45,219 nucleotides of DNA from contig DAOMFQ010000001.1 of NCBI GenBank assembly GCA_035429905.1, positions 1 through 45,219 of the forward strand, in the 5' to 3' direction. Origin of the DNA: Gemmatimonadales bacterium. GTDB lineage: Bacteria > Gemmatimonadota > Gemmatimonadetes > Gemmatimonadales > GWC2-71-9. The position numbers and the translations under genes are program-made. Of the stretch, positions 8,689-21,325 are shown in pieces; position 1 is the stretch's first letter, and the number at the start of each line of letters is the position of its first letter. Below the pieces are notes generated by a model. The model had not been told where the DNA came from. It saw only the letters and a program-made list of their open reading frames with translations, and did not search any database.

Positions 8689-8717
8689 TTGACCCCGCCC
8701 CTCACGCGCGCTAACCT
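8689..8717 (+). promoter_or_regulatory. candidate sigma70-type promoter for tdk-coaE-gcvH-gcvP (TTGACC-17 nt-TAACCT)
   Basis: TTGACC lies at 8689-8694, followed by a 17-nt spacer and TAACCT at 8712-8717. This is about 30 nt upstream of the tdk ATG at 8748. Confidence 0.3.
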
Positions 8718-8747
8718 CACCGTCCCCCGCATGTGGAGACCGCCTGG

Positions 8748-9353
8748 ATGTTCCACGGAAGCCGACCCGGATCCATCGAAGTCATCAGCGGGGTGATGTT
8801 CAGCGGCAAGAGCGAGGAACTCATCCGCCGGGTGCGGCGCGCCATCATCGCGCGGCGCCGCGTGGAAGTCTTCAAGTCCCACCTCGATTCCCGCTACGCC
8901 GGCCTGTACCGCGTCAGCAGCCATGACGGCCTCGAAATCGACGCGACCCCGGTGGACACCGCCGCCGAGATCTTCCGCCAGGTGAGCCCCGACTCCGAGA
9001 TGGTGGCTATCGACGAGGCCCAGTTCCTCGACCACGATATCGTGACCGTCACCACCGCGCTGGCCAACCGCGGCGTCCGGGTGGTGCTGGCGGGCACCGA
9101 CACCGACTTCCGGGGCGAGCCGTTCGGCCCCATGGGGTCGTTGATGGCGGTGGCCGAGCAGGTGACCAAGCTGCGCGCCATCTGCGTGGTGTGCGGCGAC
9201 GAGGCCTGCCGCAACCAGCGGCTCATCGACGGCAAGCCGGCCCGCTACGATTCCCCCACCATCATGGTCGGCGGGCGGGAGAGCTACGAGGCCCGCTGCC
9301 GGCACTGTCACCGGGTGCCGAGCGCCGACGAAGACCAGCGGGCGCTCCTGTGA
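8748..9353 (+). CDS. tdk: thymidine kinase
   Basis: It has the P-loop [13 protein letters not shown], the motif VAIDEAQF and a Cys4 zinc site (CVVCGDEA...CRHCH). The ORF opens at GTG 8733. ATG 8748 has GGAG 9 nt upstream. Confidence 0.92.
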   Translation: MFHGSRPGSIEVISGVMFSGKSEELIRRVRRAIIARRRVEVFKSHLDSRYAGLYRVSSHDGLEIDATPVDTAAEIFRQVSPDSEMVAIDEAQFLDHDIVTVTTALANRGVRVVLAGTDTDFRGEPFGPMGSLMAVAEQVTKLRAICVVCGDEACRNQRLIDGKPARYDSPTIMVGGRESYEARCRHCHRVPSADEDQRALL

Positions 9354-9955
9354 TCGTCGCCCTCACCGGCAACATCGCCGCCGGCAAGTCCACCGTCGTG
9401 GCCCTCTTCCGGAAGTGGGGCGCGGGGATCATCGACGCCGACCAGGTGGTGCGCGACCTCCAGCGCCCGGGCACCGAGGTGCACCGCCGGATCGTGGAAC
9501 GCTTCGGCGCCGCCATCCAGACGCCGACCGGCGAGCTCGACCGGCCGGCCCTCCGCCGGCTGATCCTGTCCGATACCCGTGCCCGCTCCGACCTCAACGC
9601 CATCGTGCACCCGGCCGTCCGTGCGCAGCGCGACACCCTGGTGGCCGCGGCGCGCGCTGCCGGCGCCCGGATCATCGTGGCCGACATCCCGCTGCTCTTC
9701 GAAGCCTCGGACCCGGCGGAGTACGACGCGGTCGTGCTGGTGGACGCCCCCGAGGCCACGCGGCTCCATCGGCTGGTGACGATGCGCGGGCTGCCCCGCG
9801 AGGACGCCGAGCGGCTCATTGCCACGCAGCTGCCGAGCGGCGCCAAGCGCGAGCGCAGCCAGTTTGTCATCGACAACGACGGCGACCGCACCCAGCTCGA
9901 GCGGCGCGCGCGCGACGTCTGGCTCGCGCTGGAGGCGCGCGCCGCGGCCGCTTGA
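9350..9955 (+). CDS. coaE: dephospho-CoA kinase
   Basis: The protein reads [33 protein letters not shown]...IVHPAV...VADIPLLFE. The GTG start overlaps the tdk stop (GTGA at 9350-9353). Confidence 0.9.
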   Translation: MIVALTGNIAAGKSTVVALFRKWGAGIIDADQVVRDLQRPGTEVHRRIVERFGAAIQTPTGELDRPALRRLILSDTRARSDLNAIVHPAVRAQRDTLVAAARAAGARIIVADIPLLFEASDPAEYDAVVLVDAPEATRLHRLVTMRGLPREDAERLIATQLPSGAKRERSQFVIDNDGDRTQLERRARDVWLALEARAAAA

Positions 9956-10011
9956 TTTCGGCCCGATTCCCGTCTATCCTCAAGCCCCGGACAATCTTTC
10001 CAGGAGCCCGC

Positions 10012-10401
10012 GTGTCCAACGTGCCGGCCGATCTCCAATACACCACCGACCACGAGTACGTGAAGAAGACCAGCGACCCCGCGGTCGTGCAGGTCGGCAT
10101 CACCGACTACGCCCAGGGCGAGCTCGGCGACGTGGTCTTCGTGAACCTCCCCAAGAAGGGCGACAAGTTCGGCGCGCACGCCGTCTTCGGCACCATCGAG
10201 GCGGTCAAGGCGGTGTCCGAGCTGTACAGCCCGCTGGCGGGCGAGGTGGTGGAGGTCAACGCGGCGCTCGACGCCGACCCCGCCGCCGTCAACCGCGACC
10301 CGTACGGCGCCGGCTACATGGTGAAGCTCCGGGTGTCGGACGCCGGCGCGCTCGGAAAGCTGCTCTCCGCCGAGGCCTACAAGAAGCACATCGGCGAGTA
10401 A
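10012..10401 (+). CDS. gcvH: glycine cleavage system H protein
   Basis: The 129-aa protein has YTTDHEYV, GITDYAQGELGDVVFV and the lipoyl-lysine motif IEAVKAVSELYSP. A CAGGAG SD lies 5 nt before GTG 10012. Confidence 0.93.
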   Translation: MSNVPADLQYTTDHEYVKKTSDPAVVQVGITDYAQGELGDVVFVNLPKKGDKFGAHAVFGTIEAVKAVSELYSPLAGEVVEVNAALDADPAAVNRDPYGAGYMVKLRVSDAGALGKLLSAEAYKKHIGE

Positions 10402-10434
10402 CAGGCCGATGACGCAGTGCCCGAGTTGACCGCG

Positions 10435-10460
10435 CGCCCCGTTCCCCTCCGGACGGGGCG
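10435..10460 (+). terminator. stem-loop between gcvH and gcvP (possible attenuator or partial terminator)
   Basis: CGCCCCGT (10435-10442) pairs perfectly with ACGGGGCG (10453-10460) around a 10-nt loop. No U-tract follows, so function is uncertain. Confidence 0.25.
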
Positions 10461-10492
10461 TGCATCCTTATATACGCAGAGGGTGTGACCCC

Positions 10493-13393
<2,901 letters not shown>

Positions 13394-13398
13394 GGCCC

Positions 13399-14169
13399 AT
13401 GCGCTGGACTCTTCTCGTCGATCCGGTGGGGCGGCCCGGCTGGCACAACATGGCAGTAGACCAGGCCCTCCTCGGCCTCGCGGCCGGGAAGGGCCGTGCG
13501 TTTCTGCGGCTGTACCGATGGGAGCCGTTCTGCCTCTCCTTCGGCCGGCACGAGCCGGCCCTCCGCCGGTATGACCGGGCCGCGATCGACCGCCTGGGCC
13601 TGGATGCCGTGCGCCGCCCGACCGGCGGACGCGCCGTCTGGCACGCGGATGAACTCACCTACGCCGTGGCCGCGCCTGCCGACACCTTCGGTTCCCTCCC
13701 GAAGGCCTATGAACGGATCCACGCGGCGCTGGCCGCGGCGCTCCAGTCCATCGGCTTCCCTGCCGTGCTGGCTTCCCCGCCGGCGCGCGCGAGTGCGCTC
13801 CACGCCGGGGCCTGCTTCGCGAGTCCGGTCGGCGGAGAGGTCATGCTGGCGGGCCGGAAGGTGGTGGGGAGCGCCCAGCTCCGGGAACAGGGCGCCATGC
13901 TGCAGCATGGTTCGCTCCTGCTCGGGGGCTCGCAGGAGGTGGTGAGCGACGTGACGGAGGGCGTGGCGCCGCCCGACGGGTCTATTGCCCTCGCCGAGGT
14001 GCGCGGCGGCCCGGTCGGCTTCGACGAAGTGGCAGCGGCCGTTTCCGACGCCGCCCGTGCCTGGGGTGGGGAGTGGGGCGTCGAGTCCGTCGACAACTCA
14101 ACGATCGCAGCGCTCGCGATGATGCATGCCGACCGGTTCCGCAGCGACGAGTGGACCTGGCGACGGTAG
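13399..14169 (+). CDS. lipoate-protein ligase / octanoyltransferase family protein (BPL/LPL catalytic domain)
   Basis: The 256-aa protein has RLYRWEPFCLSFGRHE, RRPTGGRAVWHADELTY and GRKVVGSAQLREQGAMLQHGSLLL (the conserved K and the GS-Q signature). Its position after gcvH/gcvP fits H-protein lipoylation. Confidence 0.8.
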   Translation: MRWTLLVDPVGRPGWHNMAVDQALLGLAAGKGRAFLRLYRWEPFCLSFGRHEPALRRYDRAAIDRLGLDAVRRPTGGRAVWHADELTYAVAAPADTFGSLPKAYERIHAALAAALQSIGFPAVLASPPARASALHAGACFASPVGGEVMLAGRKVVGSAQLREQGAMLQHGSLLLGGSQEVVSDVTEGVAPPDGSIALAEVRGGPVGFDEVAAAVSDAARAWGGEWGVESVDNSTIAALAMMHADRFRSDEWTWRR

Positions 14170-14203
14170 CCGCGCCAGACCCAACTCGCTTCTGCCGTTG
14201 CGA

Positions 14204-14244
14204 GGCCACATAGTGGCCGAAGCAATCCGGCCGGGATTGCTTCG
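14204..14244 (+). terminator. two abutting perfect hairpins downstream of the ligase gene
   Basis: The first is GGCCAC-ata-GTGGCC (14204-14218). The second is CGAAGCAATCC-ggccg-GGATTGCTTCG (14218-14244, 11-bp stem). No T-tract follows. This is a likely operon boundary before the ABC operon. Confidence 0.35.
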
Positions 14245-14366
14245 TCGGCCCCTCGCGGGCCCTCCTCGCAATGACACAAGCAAGCCGTCAGACAGTTGGC
14301 GGGAATCGCGTCCGGTGCCACATTACGGGAGCAGTCCGGACGACTCCCCCGTCCCGAGGTTCGCCC

Positions 14367-15998
14367 GTGCGCCATGTCTCCCGCTCAACTCTCCTCGCCC
14401 TCTGCCTGCTCGCCACCCCCGCCGGTGTTCCCCTGGCCACGGCCCAGGCCAACACCCGACAGGAAACCGTGGTGATCGTCGGGGCGCAGGAAGCGGCGAC
14501 CCCGATCCCCACCCTGCTCGGCAACACGGCGGCGAACATGGCGGTCACGGACCTGATGTTCCTCCCGCTGGCGCGGATCGGCCGGAACAACATCACGAGC
14601 GGCGACAAGGATTTCATCCCGCAGCTCGCACGGAGCTGGACCCGGCGCGACTCGCTGACCCTGGTGTTCGAACTCGACTCCAGGGCGCGATGGCAGGATG
14701 GGGTGCCGGTCACGGCTCGGGACGCCGCGCTGGCGCTCAACCTGGCCCGGGACCCGGCCGTGGATCCGCAGCGCGCCCTCCTGCTCCAGCTGGTCGCCGA
14801 GGCGACCGCCCTCGACGACCAGCACCTCCTGGTGCGGTTCAAGGAGGCGTACGACGAACAGCTGTACGACGCGGTGTACCACGTGTCCCCGTTGCCGGCG
14901 CACCTCGTGGACACGGTGCCGCGCGGCGCGCTCGGGAAGTCGGCGTTCGCCAGTGCGCCGATCGGGAACGGGCCGTACCGCTGGGTGCGCCGGGTACCGG
15001 GGCAACAGCTCGAGCTCACCGCCAACGACCAGTTCTTCCTGGGCAGGCCCGGCCCCCGCAAGGTGCTGATCCTGACGGTCAGTGATGCCGAGGCGCGGAT
15101 GAACCTCCTCTTGAGCGGGAGCGCCGACGTGCTCCAGTCCTCGGCCATGATCGCTACCGTGAGTCGACTGGCCGCGGACAAGCGCATCCGGATCTATCCG
15201 ATGCCGTCGTTCTCCGTTGGCTACGTGAGCTTCAACCAGCGCGACCCGGCCGACCTCGGGCGTCCGCACCCGATCCTGTCCGACCTTGCGGTGCGCACCG
15301 CGATCACCATGGCGCTCGACCGGCGCGGAATGGTCCAGGCCACGTTCGGGCCGTGGGCGTCGGTCCCCCAGGGCCCGATTCCGCAGATGTCGTGGGTTCG
15401 CGACCCCGGCTACAAGCCGGCTCCCCCCGACCCCGCCGGAGCCCGGGCGCTGCTCCGCTCGCGCGGGTGGGTCGACACCGACGGCGACGGCGTCCTCGAC
15501 AAGGACGGCAAGCCGCTCGCGCTCGGCCTCAATTACCCGAGTCCCAGCGCCCAGGCCGGCGTGCTGGCACTGCAGATACAGGAACAGCTGCGCCAGGTCG
15601 GCATCCGGATCGAGGTCAATCGCCTCGAGGGGTCGGTCTGGGGCGAGCGCCGCAACGCCGGCGCGTTCGACCTCGACTTCGGCCAGGCGACGATGGATCC
15701 GTCGCCGGCGGGCATGGTCCAGACCTGGAGCTGCGCCGGGCGGGGCGGCTCCAACAAGGCGTACTACTGCGATCCGAAGGTGGATTCTCTCCTCGCCCTC
15801 GCGCTGCGCGCGCCGCGCAAGGAGGCGCTCGCGCTCTATCGGGAAACCGTGCGGACGATCGCGGCGGATGCGCCGGCCGTGTTCCTCTTCACGACCACCA
15901 CCCCGATGGCCGTGTCCGATCGCATCAAGAACGTCGAGCTGGTTCCCGTGGCGCCCTGGTCGGCCGTCTGGCGCTGGTCCCCGGGCCCCGTCCCCTGA
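14367..15998 (+). CDS. ABC transporter substrate-binding protein, family 5 (Dpp/Opp peptide/nickel type)
   Basis: It has a signal peptide (VRHVSRSTLLALCLLATPAGVPLATAQA) and SBP_bac_5-like length and motifs (ARWQDGVPVTARD, NGPYRWV). GTG 14367 has GAGG 9 nt upstream. Confidence 0.85.
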   Translation: MRHVSRSTLLALCLLATPAGVPLATAQANTRQETVVIVGAQEAATPIPTLLGNTAANMAVTDLMFLPLARIGRNNITSGDKDFIPQLARSWTRRDSLTLVFELDSRARWQDGVPVTARDAALALNLARDPAVDPQRALLLQLVAEATALDDQHLLVRFKEAYDEQLYDAVYHVSPLPAHLVDTVPRGALGKSAFASAPIGNGPYRWVRRVPGQQLELTANDQFFLGRPGPRKVLILTVSDAEARMNLLLSGSADVLQSSAMIATVSRLAADKRIRIYPMPSFSVGYVSFNQRDPADLGRPHPILSDLAVRTAITMALDRRGMVQATFGPWASVPQGPIPQMSWVRDPGYKPAPPDPAGARALLRSRGWVDTDGDGVLDKDGKPLALGLNYPSPSAQAGVLALQIQEQLRQVGIRIEVNRLEGSVWGERRNAGAFDLDFGQATMDPSPAGMVQTWSCAGRGGSNKAYYCDPKVDSLLALALRAPRKEALALYRETVRTIAADAPAVFLFTTTTPMAVSDRIKNVELVPVAPWSAVWRWSPGPVP

Positions 15999-15999
15999 C

Positions 16000-16974
16000 G
16001 TGACGCGCTGGCTCCTCCGGCGCACCGCCCAGGCCGTGCTCACCTTCCTGGTGGTCACGGTGCTCCTGTTCGTCCTCATGCGCCTCACCCCCGGCGACCC
16101 CCTCCAGCGCCTGGAGGGAGACCGGCAGATGTCCGCCGAGGAATCGGCGGCGCTCCGCCGTCGCTTCGGCATCGACCAGCCGATGGGCGCGCAGTTCCGC
16201 ACGTTCGTGACGGGCGCGCTGGCGGGGGATCTCGGTGTCTCCATCGAGCACTATCCGACCCCGGTCACCACCCTCCTCGTCAGCCGGCTGCCCGCCTCGC
16301 TGCTGCTCGGCGGCACCGTCCTCCTGCTGACATTTGGGATCGGCATCGTGCTTGGAGTATTCCAGGCGGTGCACCGGGGCCGCCGGGCTGATCGCTGGCT
16401 CACCCGCGCCTCGCTTACGCTCTACGCGATGCCATCCTTCTGGCTCGGGCTGGTGCTGGCCTGGTACTTCGGCATCCGGCTTCAGCTGCTGCCGGTGGCG
16501 CAGATGCACGACCCGCTTCTCAGCCCGGACGCCACCTGGCTCGTGCGGGCCGGCGACGTGCTCCGCCACCTCATCCTTCCGGCCCTCACCCTCACGGCCG
16601 TGAGCATCGCCGCCGTGATGCACTATCAGCGGACCGCACTGCTCGAGGTGCTCCGGCTCGACTTCGTCCTCGCCGCCCGCGCACGCGGCCTGCCGGAGCG
16701 CCAGGTGCTCTGGCGCCACGCCTGGCGAAACGCGCTCTTCCCGGTGGTGGGCCTCTTCGGCCTGTGGCTGCCGATCCTGGTCAGTGGCTCGGTCTTCGTG
16801 GAGCAGGTGTTCAATTGGCCCGGCCTCGGACACCTGGCCGCCGACGCCGTCGGCGCGCGGGACTACCCCGTCATCCTGGGCACCGCCATGCTGGTGTCGG
16901 CGCAGGTCCTGCTTGGTGGGGTCCTCGCCGACCTGGCGTACTATGCGCTCGACCCGCGGGTTCGCCGCGCATGA
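16000..16974 (+). CDS. ABC peptide transporter permease (DppB/OppB-like)
   Basis: The protein begins VTRWLLRRTAQAVLTFLVVTVLLFVLMRLTPGDP, the typical DppB N-terminus. It carries an EAA-like region (LDFVLAARARGLPERQVLWRHAWRNAL). The start lies 1 nt after the SBP stop. Confidence 0.9.
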   Translation: MTRWLLRRTAQAVLTFLVVTVLLFVLMRLTPGDPLQRLEGDRQMSAEESAALRRRFGIDQPMGAQFRTFVTGALAGDLGVSIEHYPTPVTTLLVSRLPASLLLGGTVLLLTFGIGIVLGVFQAVHRGRRADRWLTRASLTLYAMPSFWLGLVLAWYFGIRLQLLPVAQMHDPLLSPDATWLVRAGDVLRHLILPALTLTAVSIAAVMHYQRTALLEVLRLDFVLAARARGLPERQVLWRHAWRNALFPVVGLFGLWLPILVSGSVFVEQVFNWPGLGHLAADAVGARDYPVILGTAMLVSAQVLLGGVLADLAYYALDPRVRRA

Positions 16975-17813
16975 CGGGCTCCCTCTGGCGGCTCCTGTCC
17001 CGCGCGCTCGCGAGCCCAACCGGCCGCATCGGGGCCATCCTCATTGCTCTGCTCACCCTGATCGTGTTCGTCGCGCCCTGGCTCCTGCCCGATCCCTCGG
17101 CCATGCCGAACTTGCTGGCCGGCGCCACCCCCCCCGGCCCGGGGCATCCCTTCGGCACCGACCAGCTCAATCGCGACATCCTCGCTCGCGTGGTGAGCGG
17201 CGGACAGATCTCCCTGTCGGTGGCCGGCCTCGCCGTCGCGCTCGCGATGACGCTCGGCGCGCTGGTGGGCGGCGTCGCGGGGTATCACGGCGGGTGGCTG
17301 GACAGCATCCTGATGCGCGCGGTGGACGGTGCGCTCGCCATTCCCCGGCTCTTCCTGCTCCTGCTCCTGGTGGCGGTGTGGGAACAGATGCCGCTCGGCG
17401 CACTCGTCCTGGTCCTGGGCGCCACGGGGTGGTTCGCGACCAGCCGCATCGTGCGCGGGGAAGTGCTGCGCCTCCGGGAAGCGGAATTCGTGCTCGCGGC
17501 CACCGCGCTCGGCGCCGGACCCCGACGGATTATCTTGCGTCACCTGCTCCCCAACGTGGCGGGGCCCTTGCTGGTGGCGGCCACCCTGGGCGTGGGCGAC
17601 GTCATCCTGCTCGAAGCCGGGCTCTCGTACCTCGGGATCGGCGTGCGCCCCCCGACCCCGTCATGGGGCAGCATGATCCTCGACGCCCGGCCCCTCCTCA
17701 CGACGGCGCCGTGGACCAGCATCTTTCCCGGCCTCGCCATCGTCATCACGGTGCTGGCGGTCAACCTCCTCGGCGACGCCCTGCGCGGCGCCCTCGACCC
17801 CCGGAGCGCATGA
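16971..17813 (+). CDS. ABC peptide transporter permease (DppC/OppC-like)
   Basis: The start is an ATGA overlap with the upstream stop. The protein contains [19 protein letters not shown] and [24 protein letters not shown]. Confidence 0.9.
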   Translation: MTGSLWRLLSRALASPTGRIGAILIALLTLIVFVAPWLLPDPSAMPNLLAGATPPGPGHPFGTDQLNRDILARVVSGGQISLSVAGLAVALAMTLGALVGGVAGYHGGWLDSILMRAVDGALAIPRLFLLLLLVAVWEQMPLGALVLVLGATGWFATSRIVRGEVLRLREAEFVLAATALGAGPRRIILRHLLPNVAGPLLVAATLGVGDVILLEAGLSYLGIGVRPPTPSWGSMILDARPLLTTAPWTSIFPGLAIVITVLAVNLLGDALRGALDPRSA

Positions 17814-18790
17814 AGCCGCTGCTCGAAGTGGAGGACCTGCGCATCACCTTCGCCACCGGGGCCGGCACCTCGCACCCGGTGGACGGCGTGAGCTTCTCGA
17901 TCGCCCGCGGCGAACTGCTCGCCCTCGTCGGCGAGTCGGGCTGCGGCAAGAGCCTGACGTCGCTCGCCCTCCTCCGGCTGGTGCCTCCGCCCGGGCGGAT
18001 CCTGCCGAGCAGCACGATCCGGCTGGACGGCACCGACCTGCTGGGCCTCGACGCCGCAACGCTCCGTGGCGTCCGCGGGCGGCGCATCGGGATGATCTTC
18101 CAGGACCCGATGACGAGCCTCAATCCGGTGTTCACCGTCGCCGACCAGATCAGCGAGAGTGTGCGTGCGCACCAGCGGGTATCGAAGCCCTCGGCGCGCG
18201 CACGGGCGCTGGAACTGCTCCAGGAGGTCGGCATTCCCGACCCGGTCGCACGGCTCGACCAGTATCCGCACCAGCTGAGCGGCGGCATGCGGCAACGCGT
18301 CATGATCGCCATCGCGCTCGCGTCGGAGCCGGAACTGCTGATCGCCGACGAACCCACCACGGCACTCGACGTGACCGTCCAGGCGCAGATTCTCGAGGTG
18401 CTCGACCGCCTGCGCGCCGCGCGCGGCATGGCGATCCTGCTCATCACGCACGACCTCGGCATCGTGGCCGGCCGTGCCGACCGCGTGGCGGTGATGTACG
18501 CCGGCCGCCTGGTGGAGGAGGCCGCCACCACCGAGCTCTTCGCCCGGCCTTCGCACCCGTACACCCGCGGCCTGCTCGCATCGGTGCCCAGGATTGCCGG
18601 ACCGGTCACTCGGCTCACGCCGATCGCCGGGAATGTCCCGGCTCCCACGGCGTGGCCGGCCGGGTGCCGCTTCCACCCCCGCTGCCCGCAGGCCATGCCG
18701 CGCTGCGCTACCGACGACCCACCGCCCCTGCCAGTCGCGAGCGGCCACCGCATGCGCTGCTGGCTGGCCGAGGCGGGGGTGCCGACGTGA
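17810..18790 (+). CDS. ABC peptide transporter ATPase (DppD/OppD-like)
   Basis: ATGA overlap with the upstream stop. It has Walker A GESGCGKS, the signature LSGGMRQR, Walker [13 protein letters not shown] and an oligopeptide C-terminal domain (HPYTRGLL...CRFHPRC). Confidence 0.93.
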   Translation: MKPLLEVEDLRITFATGAGTSHPVDGVSFSIARGELLALVGESGCGKSLTSLALLRLVPPPGRILPSSTIRLDGTDLLGLDAATLRGVRGRRIGMIFQDPMTSLNPVFTVADQISESVRAHQRVSKPSARARALELLQEVGIPDPVARLDQYPHQLSGGMRQRVMIAIALASEPELLIADEPTTALDVTVQAQILEVLDRLRAARGMAILLITHDLGIVAGRADRVAVMYAGRLVEEAATTELFARPSHPYTRGLLASVPRIAGPVTRLTPIAGNVPAPTAWPAGCRFHPRCPQAMPRCATDDPPPLPVASGHRMRCWLAEAGVPT

Positions 18791-19764
18791 GCGCGCCGCT
18801 GCTCGAGGTCCGCGACCTCGTCAAGCACTACCAGGCCACGGGATTCCTGGCTCGCAAGGCACCCCCGGTGCGGGCGGTGGACGGCGTGTCGTTCTCGGTG
18901 GGGCGTGCCGAAACGCTCGGGCTGGTCGGCGAGTCGGGATGCGGCAAGTCCACGGTGGGCCGCACGATTCTCCGGCTGCAGCCGCCTACCGCCGGCTCGG
19001 TTTCCTTCGAGGGAACGGATTTCTTCGCACTCGAGGCGGCGGCACTGCGGCAGGCACGGCGGCGGATCCAGATCATCTTCCAGGACCCCTACAGCTCGCT
19101 CAACCCGCGCATGACCGTCGGCGACGCCATCGCGGAGGGCATCGAAATTCACCGCCTGGCGCCCCGCGGCGAGATTCCGGCCCGGGTGGCACGGCTCCTG
19201 GAGGAAGTCGGGCTCGACCCCGGCTACGCCAGCCGGTACCCGCACGAATTCTCCGGCGGCCAGCGCCAGCGAATCGGGATCGCCCGCGCGCTCGCGGTCG
19301 AGCCCGCCTTCCTCGTCTGCGACGAGCCGGTGTCCGCACTGGACGTGTCGGTCCAGGCGCAGGTACTCAATCTTCTCGCCGACCTCCAGGCCCGCCGGGG
19401 CATCTCCTACCTGTTCATCGCGCACGACCTCGCCGTCGTGCGTCAGATCGCCCACCGCGTCGCCGTGATGTACCTCGGCCGCATCGTCGAGACCGGCCCG
19501 ACGGCCGAGGTGCTCGCGCACCCGGCGCATCCCTACACCCGGGCGCTGCTCTCCGCCGTGCCGGTGCCCGACCCCACGACGCAGCGACTGCGCATCGTGC
19601 TCCCGGGCGATCCGCCGAGTCCCTCCAACCCGCCTTCTGGTTGCCCCTTCCATCCGCGGTGCCCGCACCCGGCCAAGAACGCCCGCTGCACGACCGATCG
19701 GCCACTGCTCCATCAACTCGGGCGAAGCGAGGTGGCCTGCCACCACGCGGACAAGCCGGCGTGA
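18787..19764 (+). CDS. ABC peptide transporter ATPase (DppF/OppF-like)
   Basis: GTGA overlap with the upstream stop. It has [29 protein letters not shown] and HPYTRALL...CPFHPRCP. Confidence 0.93.
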   Translation: MSAPLLEVRDLVKHYQATGFLARKAPPVRAVDGVSFSVGRAETLGLVGESGCGKSTVGRTILRLQPPTAGSVSFEGTDFFALEAAALRQARRRIQIIFQDPYSSLNPRMTVGDAIAEGIEIHRLAPRGEIPARVARLLEEVGLDPGYASRYPHEFSGGQRQRIGIARALAVEPAFLVCDEPVSALDVSVQAQVLNLLADLQARRGISYLFIAHDLAVVRQIAHRVAVMYLGRIVETGPTAEVLAHPAHPYTRALLSAVPVPDPTTQRLRIVLPGDPPSPSNPPSGCPFHPRCPHPAKNARCTTDRPLLHQLGRSEVACHHADKPA

Positions 19765-20165
19765 TCCGGCAGCGAATCGCCAGCGGCACGCCCTGGGAAC
19801 CCATCGTCGGGTACTCGCGCGCCGTGCGGGTGGGGCCCTGGGTGTACGTCTCCGGCACGACGGCCACCGACGGCACGGGTGGGATCGTCGGCGAAGGCGA
19901 CGCGTACGCCCAGGCGGTGCAGGTGCTCGACAACATCGAACGGGCGCTTGCCGCCGCCGGCGCCACCATGGCCGACGTGGTCCGGACCCGGATGTACGTG
20001 ACGGACATGGCGGAATGGGAGGCCGTGGGCCGGGCGCACGGCGAGCGATTCTCGGTGGTGCGCCCCGCCACCAGCATGGTGGAAGTCAGCCGGCTGATCG
20101 ATCCGAGGATGCTGGTCGAAATCGAGGCCGAAGCCTTCGTGGACGATTCCCGCAGCACCCCCTGA
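19761..20165 (+). CDS. RidA/YjgF/Rid-family (endoribonuclease L-PSP fold) protein
   Basis: GTGA overlap with the dppF-like stop. The protein contains [48 protein letters not shown] and VEIEAEA. Confidence 0.8.
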   Translation: MIRQRIASGTPWEPIVGYSRAVRVGPWVYVSGTTATDGTGGIVGEGDAYAQAVQVLDNIERALAAAGATMADVVRTRMYVTDMAEWEAVGRAHGERFSVVRPATSMVEVSRLIDPRMLVEIEAEAFVDDSRSTP

Positions 20166-20193
20166 GCCCGCTCTCAACTCCGGATCTCGCCTC

Positions 20194-20982
20194 ATGCCGC
20201 TTTCGCTCTTCCATATCGATGCCTTCACCGACCGGCCCTTCGCAGGAAACCCCGCCGCCGTCTGCCTGCTCGAGCGCGAGGTGGACGCCGGCTGGATGCA
20301 GTCCGTGGCGCGCGAAATGAACCTCTCGGAAACCGCCTTCCTCCTCCGCGGCGACGACGGCTTCGGCCTGCGGTGGTTCACGCCCGAGGTCGAGGTCGAC
20401 CTCTGCGGCCATGCCACGCTGGCGAGCGCCCACTTCCTCTGGCAGGAGGGGCATCTCAAGCCCGCGGCCGTGGCCAGGTTTCACACCCTGAGCGGTGTCC
20501 TGACCGCGGTGCAGCGCGACGGGTGGATCGAGCTCGACTTCCCCGCGAAGCCCGCCGTGCCGGGCGTGGCCCCGGCGGGTCTGGCGGCGGCGATCGGGGG
20601 CAGCCCGGTGGCGGTGGCGAAGTCGGAGTTCGATTATGTGGTGGAATTGGCCAGCGAGGCCGAGGTCCGCGCCCTCGAACCGGACTTCCGCGCGCTGCGA
20701 GTGGTGAATGCCCGGGGTGTGATCGCCACGGCGGCGTGCACCGGCGGGCCGTACGACTTCGTGTCCCGCTTTTTCGGGCCCGCCGTCGGGATCAACGAAG
20801 ATCCCGTTACCGGCTCCGCCCACTGCGCCCTCGGCCCGTACTGGCAGGCGCGCCTCGGCAAGTCCTCGTTCTTCGCGTTCCAGGCCTCGGCGCGCGGCGG
20901 CGAGGTGCGGGTGGACGTCCAGGGCGACCGCGTCAAGCTGGGCGGCAAGGCGGTCACGGTGTCCCGCGGCGAGCTGCTGTGA
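20194..20982 (+). CDS. PhzF-family isomerase-like protein
   Basis: The protein contains FHIDAFTDRPFAGNPAAVC, MNLSETAFL, RWFTPEVEVDLCGHATLASAH and EDPVTGSAHCALGPYW. Confidence 0.88.
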   Translation: MPLSLFHIDAFTDRPFAGNPAAVCLLEREVDAGWMQSVAREMNLSETAFLLRGDDGFGLRWFTPEVEVDLCGHATLASAHFLWQEGHLKPAAVARFHTLSGVLTAVQRDGWIELDFPAKPAVPGVAPAGLAAAIGGSPVAVAKSEFDYVVELASEAEVRALEPDFRALRVVNARGVIATAACTGGPYDFVSRFFGPAVGINEDPVTGSAHCALGPYWQARLGKSSFFAFQASARGGEVRVDVQGDRVKLGGKAVTVSRGELL

Positions 20983-21314
20983 GCGAACCCGGCGCCGAGG
21001 CGTTTGCCGCGCTCGAGCTCCGCGTCGGGCGCATCGTGCGGGCGGAACCCAACGCCGGCGCGCGCAAGCCGTCGTACCGGCTCTGGGTGGACTTCGGGCC
21101 CCTCGGGGAACGGACCTCCAGCGCCCAGCTGACCGATCTGTATTCCGCCGATCAGCTGGTCGGTCGGGACGTCATTGCGGCCATGAATCTGGGGAGCCGG
21201 CGGATTGCCGGCTTCCTGTCGGAAGTGCTGGTGCTCGGCGTGCCCGATGAGGCGGGACACGTGGTGTTGCTCCAGCCGGAGCGCACCGTGCCGCTGGGCG
21301 GCCGGGTCTACTGA
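20979..21314 (+). CDS. csaA: tRNA-binding domain protein (CsaA/EMAP-II-like)
   Basis: GTGA overlap with the phzF-like stop. The 111-aa protein reads FAALELRVGRIVRAEPNAGARKPSYRLWVDFG...IAGFLSEVLVLG. Confidence 0.8.
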   Translation: MSEPGAEAFAALELRVGRIVRAEPNAGARKPSYRLWVDFGPLGERTSSAQLTDLYSADQLVGRDVIAAMNLGSRRIAGFLSEVLVLGVPDEAGHVVLLQPERTVPLGGRVY

Positions 21315-21325
21315 GGAGCGACGCG

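Noticed and set aside
9956-10492. A possible glycine riboswitch controlling gcvH or gcvP.
   Set aside because: The spacers are only 56 nt (before gcvH) and 91 nt (before gcvP). That is too short for a tandem or single glycine aptamer, and I see no conserved aptamer core, only a simple hairpin.
14385-19746. Long minus-strand ORFs (14385..16244 at 619 aa, 15925..17019, 17540..18748, and 17761..19746 at 661 aa) antisense to the ABC operon.
   Set aside because: They have the same Arg/Gly-rich shadow composition. The sense strand carries Walker, signature and permease motifs.
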